A stretch of DNA of 64,000 bases, taken from positions 11,504-75,503 of the forward strand of contig CANKGV010000007.1 of NCBI GenBank assembly GCA_947481575.1. Direction: 5' to 3'. The stretch's first letter is position 1; each line of letters starts with the position of its first letter. A program made the position numbers and the translations under genes. The notes below the pieces were generated by a model that saw only the letters and a list, made by a program, of their open reading frames with translations, had not been told where the DNA came from and made no database searches. Positions 61,128 through 64,000 of this stretch are shown here, in pieces. The stretch comes from Alphaproteobacteria bacterium (lineage in GTDB: Bacteria; Pseudomonadota; Alphaproteobacteria; UBA2966; CAIVPW01).

Positions 61128-61820
61128 CTAGAGGGCGCGCGGGGTCGTTGCGGCCTCGTGCGCGAAGGCGGCTACGGCCGCGATTCCTTCGGCCCATGCT
61201 CCCGCTTCCGAACTGCCCGACAATTTGCGCGGCTTGAGGTTGTGGTCGCCGTCGGCGATCCAGTGGAACCGGATCGCCCGCGATAGCGCGTAGCCCTTCA
61301 CGTCATCGGCCGAACCCAACGCATCGCGGGTGCCCTGCACGAACAACGCGGGGGTAGTCAGCGCCGCCAGGTGCTGCACCCTTTGCACGGCAGGACGGCC
61401 GGCGGGGTGGAACGGATAGCCCAAGCACACCAGGCCCAGCACGCCTTCGTCGTCCGCCACCATGCTGGCGATGCGGCCACCCATCGACTTTCCGCCGATC
61501 AGCAGCGAGCGGCGCGAAATGCCTTCGGCATCCAGCGCGGCGATGACTTCGGCCCAAGTGGCGCGGAGCACCGCGGGTGCATCCGGCGGTCCGGCGCGGC
61601 CCGCGGTGCGCCGGCGCTGCATGTACGGGAACTCGAAGCGCACGACGGGAACGCCGGCGGCGGCGACGCCGGCGGCGAAGGCTGCCATAAACGGGCTGTC
61701 CATCGGGGCGCCGGCGCCGTGGGCCAGCGCCAGCACCGGACCCGGGGCCGCAGGGTCGCGGCGCCCGGTCCAGAGCAGCGGCGGCGCGCTGGCCGCCGCT
61801 GGGTTGGCGATGCCGCTCAG
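61128..61820 (-). CDS. Alpha/beta hydrolase (KANL3/Tex30-like)
   Basis: AHGAGAPMDS, RFEFPYM, GGKSMGGR nucleophile elbow, LGYPFHP, QGTRD, DGDH. The frame stays open to CTG at 61820; the ORF-track start is 61736. Confidence 0.85.
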   Translation of the reverse strand: MSGIANPAAASAPPLLWTGRRDPAAPGPVLALAHGAGAPMDSPFMAAFAAGVAAAGVPVVRFEFPYMQRRRTAGRAGPPDAPAVLRATWAEVIAALDAEGISRRSLLIGGKSMGGRIASMVADDEGVLGLVCLGYPFHPAGRPAVQRVQHLAALTTPALFVQGTRDALGSADDVKGYALSRAIRFHWIADGDHNLKPRKLSGSSEAGAWAEGIAAVAAFAHEAATTPRAL

Positions 61821-62698
61821 CGCGGCGCCGGAACCGGAACCGGCGTGGGCTGGGCCGCGTTAAGATCGCGCGGCGGCGGCAGGGGCGTGCCGTCCATCTG
61901 GAACTTCTTGATCTCCAGGCCGGCGGTGAGGCCGGCATAGAGCTTGTCCAGCACTTCCTTGCCGATTTCGTCGCGAATATCGCCCTTCACCTCGTCGAAG
62001 GTCGGCACAGCGACCGGGCGGCGGGCGGTGACCGTGAGTACGTGGAAGCCGAACTGGGTCTTCAGCGGAGTCGTGGTGTACTCGCCATTGGCGAGCTTAA
62101 ACGCCGCGTCCTCGAACTCCTTGATCACGTCGCCTTTCTTGAACCAGTCGATGTCGCCCGCCTGGACCGTTGGGTTCGGGCCCGTGGTGAGGCGCTGCAC
62201 CAGAGTCTTGAACGGGATGCCGGCGTCGAGCTGCTTGATCGCCGCGATGGCGTCCGCTTCCTTTTGGAACAGCATCTGGCTGACCTGCAATTCGCTTTGG
62301 CCGCGCAGGCCACCGACGGTCGCCTCGTAGCGGTCCTTCATCGCCTGGTCGGTGATGCCGGCTTCGACGCTGCGGTTGATGAACGTCTCTTCCAGGACGC
62401 GCTCGGTCCAGTAGCCGATCTTGCGCAGCACTTCCGGGTCGCGGTCGAGGCCGGTGGCGCGCGCCTTGGCGGCCGCCAGACGGCTTTCGATCACGCCGTC
62501 GAGCAACTGCAGGTACAGCACGTCGAACGGCATCTGCTGCACGTTCGGGCCGAGCGACTCGTAGAGGAACGTGACTTCGCCGGCGTGGATTTCCATGCCG
62601 CCAGCGATGGCGACCACGGGGTCGGCGTTCTGCTCGGCGGCGCCTGCCGTGGCGGCAGCCACGACGATCGCGAGGCAAAGTCCCCACGTTGGTTTCAT
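61817..62698 (-). CDS. PpiC/PrsA-type peptidyl-prolyl isomerase (secreted)
   Basis: Signal peptide, GDIDWFKKG..IKEFEDAAFKL, PLKTQFGFHVL, PTFDEVK. Confidence 0.88.
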   Translation of the reverse strand: MKPTWGLCLAIVVAAATAGAAEQNADPVVAIAGGMEIHAGEVTFLYESLGPNVQQMPFDVLYLQLLDGVIESRLAAAKARATGLDRDPEVLRKIGYWTERVLEETFINRSVEAGITDQAMKDRYEATVGGLRGQSELQVSQMLFQKEADAIAAIKQLDAGIPFKTLVQRLTTGPNPTVQAGDIDWFKKGDVIKEFEDAAFKLANGEYTTTPLKTQFGFHVLTVTARRPVAVPTFDEVKGDIRDEIGKEVLDKLYAGLTAGLEIKKFQMDGTPLPPPRDLNAAQPTPVPVPAPR

Positions 62699-63014
62699 GA
62701 GCGTTGTCCTTTCGGTCCGCGAGCGCCGGACGCTACGTTGGAAGGCTGATTTGAGCGAAGGCGGCATTTTTGCCGGGGAATCGCGCGCGCGGCAAGGGCC
62801 GCGGCCACGATGCCCAGTTCACACCAGCGTGCGCGCCCCCCGCCGCGCCCACGCCGCCAGCGCCCACAGGGCAACCGAGGAGGCGAACACCGCAGCGGCC
62901 AGCTTTCGGGAATGGCGCGCGATCACGCCCGCAGGCCTTGTGCGGGTGAGGGGAATCCAACCCTCGTCGTAGGCTTCGTACGCTTCCGCTCTGCCCTGAA
63001 CGGTACCTCCATTC

Positions 63015-63043
63015 TTGACAATTGCGGACTGCCCCACCATTTC
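63015..63043 (+). promoter_or_regulatory. Promoter of terC
   Basis: Perfect TTGACA -35 at 63015-63020; weak or RpoH-like -10 region CCCCACCAT. Confidence 0.45.
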
Positions 63044-63054
63044 GAGACTGCAAT

Positions 63055-63148
63055 CTGATCCGGGACCCTCTGGCAGCAAGGGCGCTTGCTGCGATGTCGG
63101 ATCTCCTCAGCTACCGCGTTACGCGCGCAACAGCATCTGGAGGTCCCC
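63055..63148 (+). ncRNA. Structured terC 5' leader (candidate terC RNA motif / riboswitch)
   Basis: GATCCG..CGGATC outer stem enclosing a GCAGCAAG-GGCG-CTTGCTGC hairpin; CTCCTCAG is complementary to the CTGGAGG SD. Confidence 0.5.
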
Positions 63149-64000
63149 ATGGGATTCTTGTCCCTCGGCGCTTCGTTTCTCGGTCAACCCGTTTGGGCTT
63201 GGCTAGTGTTTGGCGCGGTCGTGGCCACGCTGCTGACACTCGACCTTGGCATTTTGCACCGCACGTCGCGCGAGATTCCCGTTGGCGAAAGCCTGCTGCT
63301 CTCTGGCGGGTACATTGCCGTCGCGCTGCTGTTTGGCGGTTGGATCTGGTGGTCCCAAGGTGCGCAGCCCGGGATCGATTTCTTGACCGGCTACCTCGTC
63401 GAGAAAAGCCTCTCCCTCGACAACGTATTCGTGATCTCCCTGATCTTCGCGACGCTCGCGATCCCCCGCCCGCTGCAGCATCGCGTGCTGTTCTACGGCA
63501 TCCTTGGCGTCCTGATCATGCGTGCCGTAATCATCGGCTTCGGCACGTCAATCGTGACGCAATTCGCCTGGGTGTTGTTCGTGTTCGGCGGCTTCTTGAT
63601 GTTCACTGGGATCAAGATGCTGTTCGTGGCCGAGAACCCGGCGGCTATGGCCGACAGCCGCGTGCTCCGCTTCCTGCGCAAGCATTTGCGAGTGACCGAC
63701 CAGCTCCGGGGCGAAGCCTTCTTTTGGCGCGAGAGCGGGCCAACGGGCATGGGCACCGCGTGGCATGCGACGCCCCTGTTTCTTGCCCTGGTGATGGTCG
63801 AGACGATCGATCTGGTGTTCGCGGTGGACAGCGTGCCCGCCGTACTCGCAATCACGACCGACCCATACATCGTGTACACGTCAAACATCTTCGCGGTGCT
63901 CGGCCTGCGGGCGCTGTATTTCGCCCTTGCCGCCAGCGTTCACCGTTTCCACTACCTCAAGTACGCGCTTGGACTAGTGCTGGTGTTCATCGGCGCAAAG
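63149..64000 (+). CDS. terC: TerC/Alx-family membrane protein (3' end runs off window)
   Basis: Manual translation: MGFLSLG..LDLGILHR..GYLVEKSLSLDNVFV..QHRVLFYGILG..DLVFAVDSVPA..TSNIFAVLGLRALYF; GGAGG SD. Confidence 0.93.
   Translation, partial: MGFLSLGASFLGQPVWAWLVFGAVVATLLTLDLGILHRTSREIPVGESLLLSGGYIAVALLFGGWIWWSQGAQPGIDFLTGYLVEKSLSLDNVFVISLIFATLAIPRPLQHRVLFYGILGVLIMRAVIIGFGTSIVTQFAWVLFVFGGFLMFTGIKMLFVAENPAAMADSRVLRFLRKHLRVTDQLRGEAFFWRESGPTGMGTAWHATPLFLALVMVETIDLVFAVDSVPAVLAITTDPYIVYTSNIFAVLGLRALYFALAASVHRFHYLKYALGLVLVFIGAK

Noticed and set aside
62819-62926. Possible 35-aa hydrophobic ORF (VIARHSRKLAAAVFASSVALWALAAWARRGARTLV) on the minus strand
   Set aside because: No convincing SD at the GTG and unremarkable codon use; cannot be supported without conservation data.
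60718-64000. terB plus terC as a tellurite-resistance (ter) operon
   Set aside because: They are separated by two opposite-strand genes and no terZ/A/D/E is in the window; both are common stand-alone families.

Overview
This is a high-GC alphaproteobacterial (Rhodospirillales-like, by gene order and class I LysRS) core-chromosome window. In order: atpHAGD(') preceded by an inserted orphan nosR/nirI-like gene and priA; DUF484-xerC; mdh-sucC-sucD-lpdA with no sucA/sucB; htpG; DUF1223; acnA; a complete ccmABCDEFGHI cluster; ispZ, GYD, ftsY-mtaB-dapF; ffh-rpsP-rimM-trmD-rplS-leuCDB-asd; an MBOAT/SGNH O-acylation pair with a nonsense codon in the SGNH gene; dsbA and a GIY-YIG pseudogene; sdhCDAB; pentapeptide, HAD, TipF-like EAL, pyrD, SRAP, lysS; an MCP/VIT1/MtlR-HEPN/basic-protein insert; dinG, terB, an alpha/beta hydrolase, a PPIase and terC(') with a structured leader. 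No tRNA, rRNA, CRISPR or IS was seen. The strongest lead is an apparently rewired TCA operon: SucC/SucD keep a SucCD scaffold but carry malate-CoA-ligase-like active-site motifs ([16 protein letters not shown]), and sucAB is missing from its usual position. Other leads are two small ORFs absent from the ORF track (a 21-aa Lys/Pro peptide in its own structured transcription unit and a 32-aa membrane peptide after sdhB), recurrent basic C-terminal tails on enzymes, a poly-His tail on DapF, a possible HEPN toxin module, and TAG-dominated stop codon usage. All family calls come from motif recognition by eye; no database search was run.
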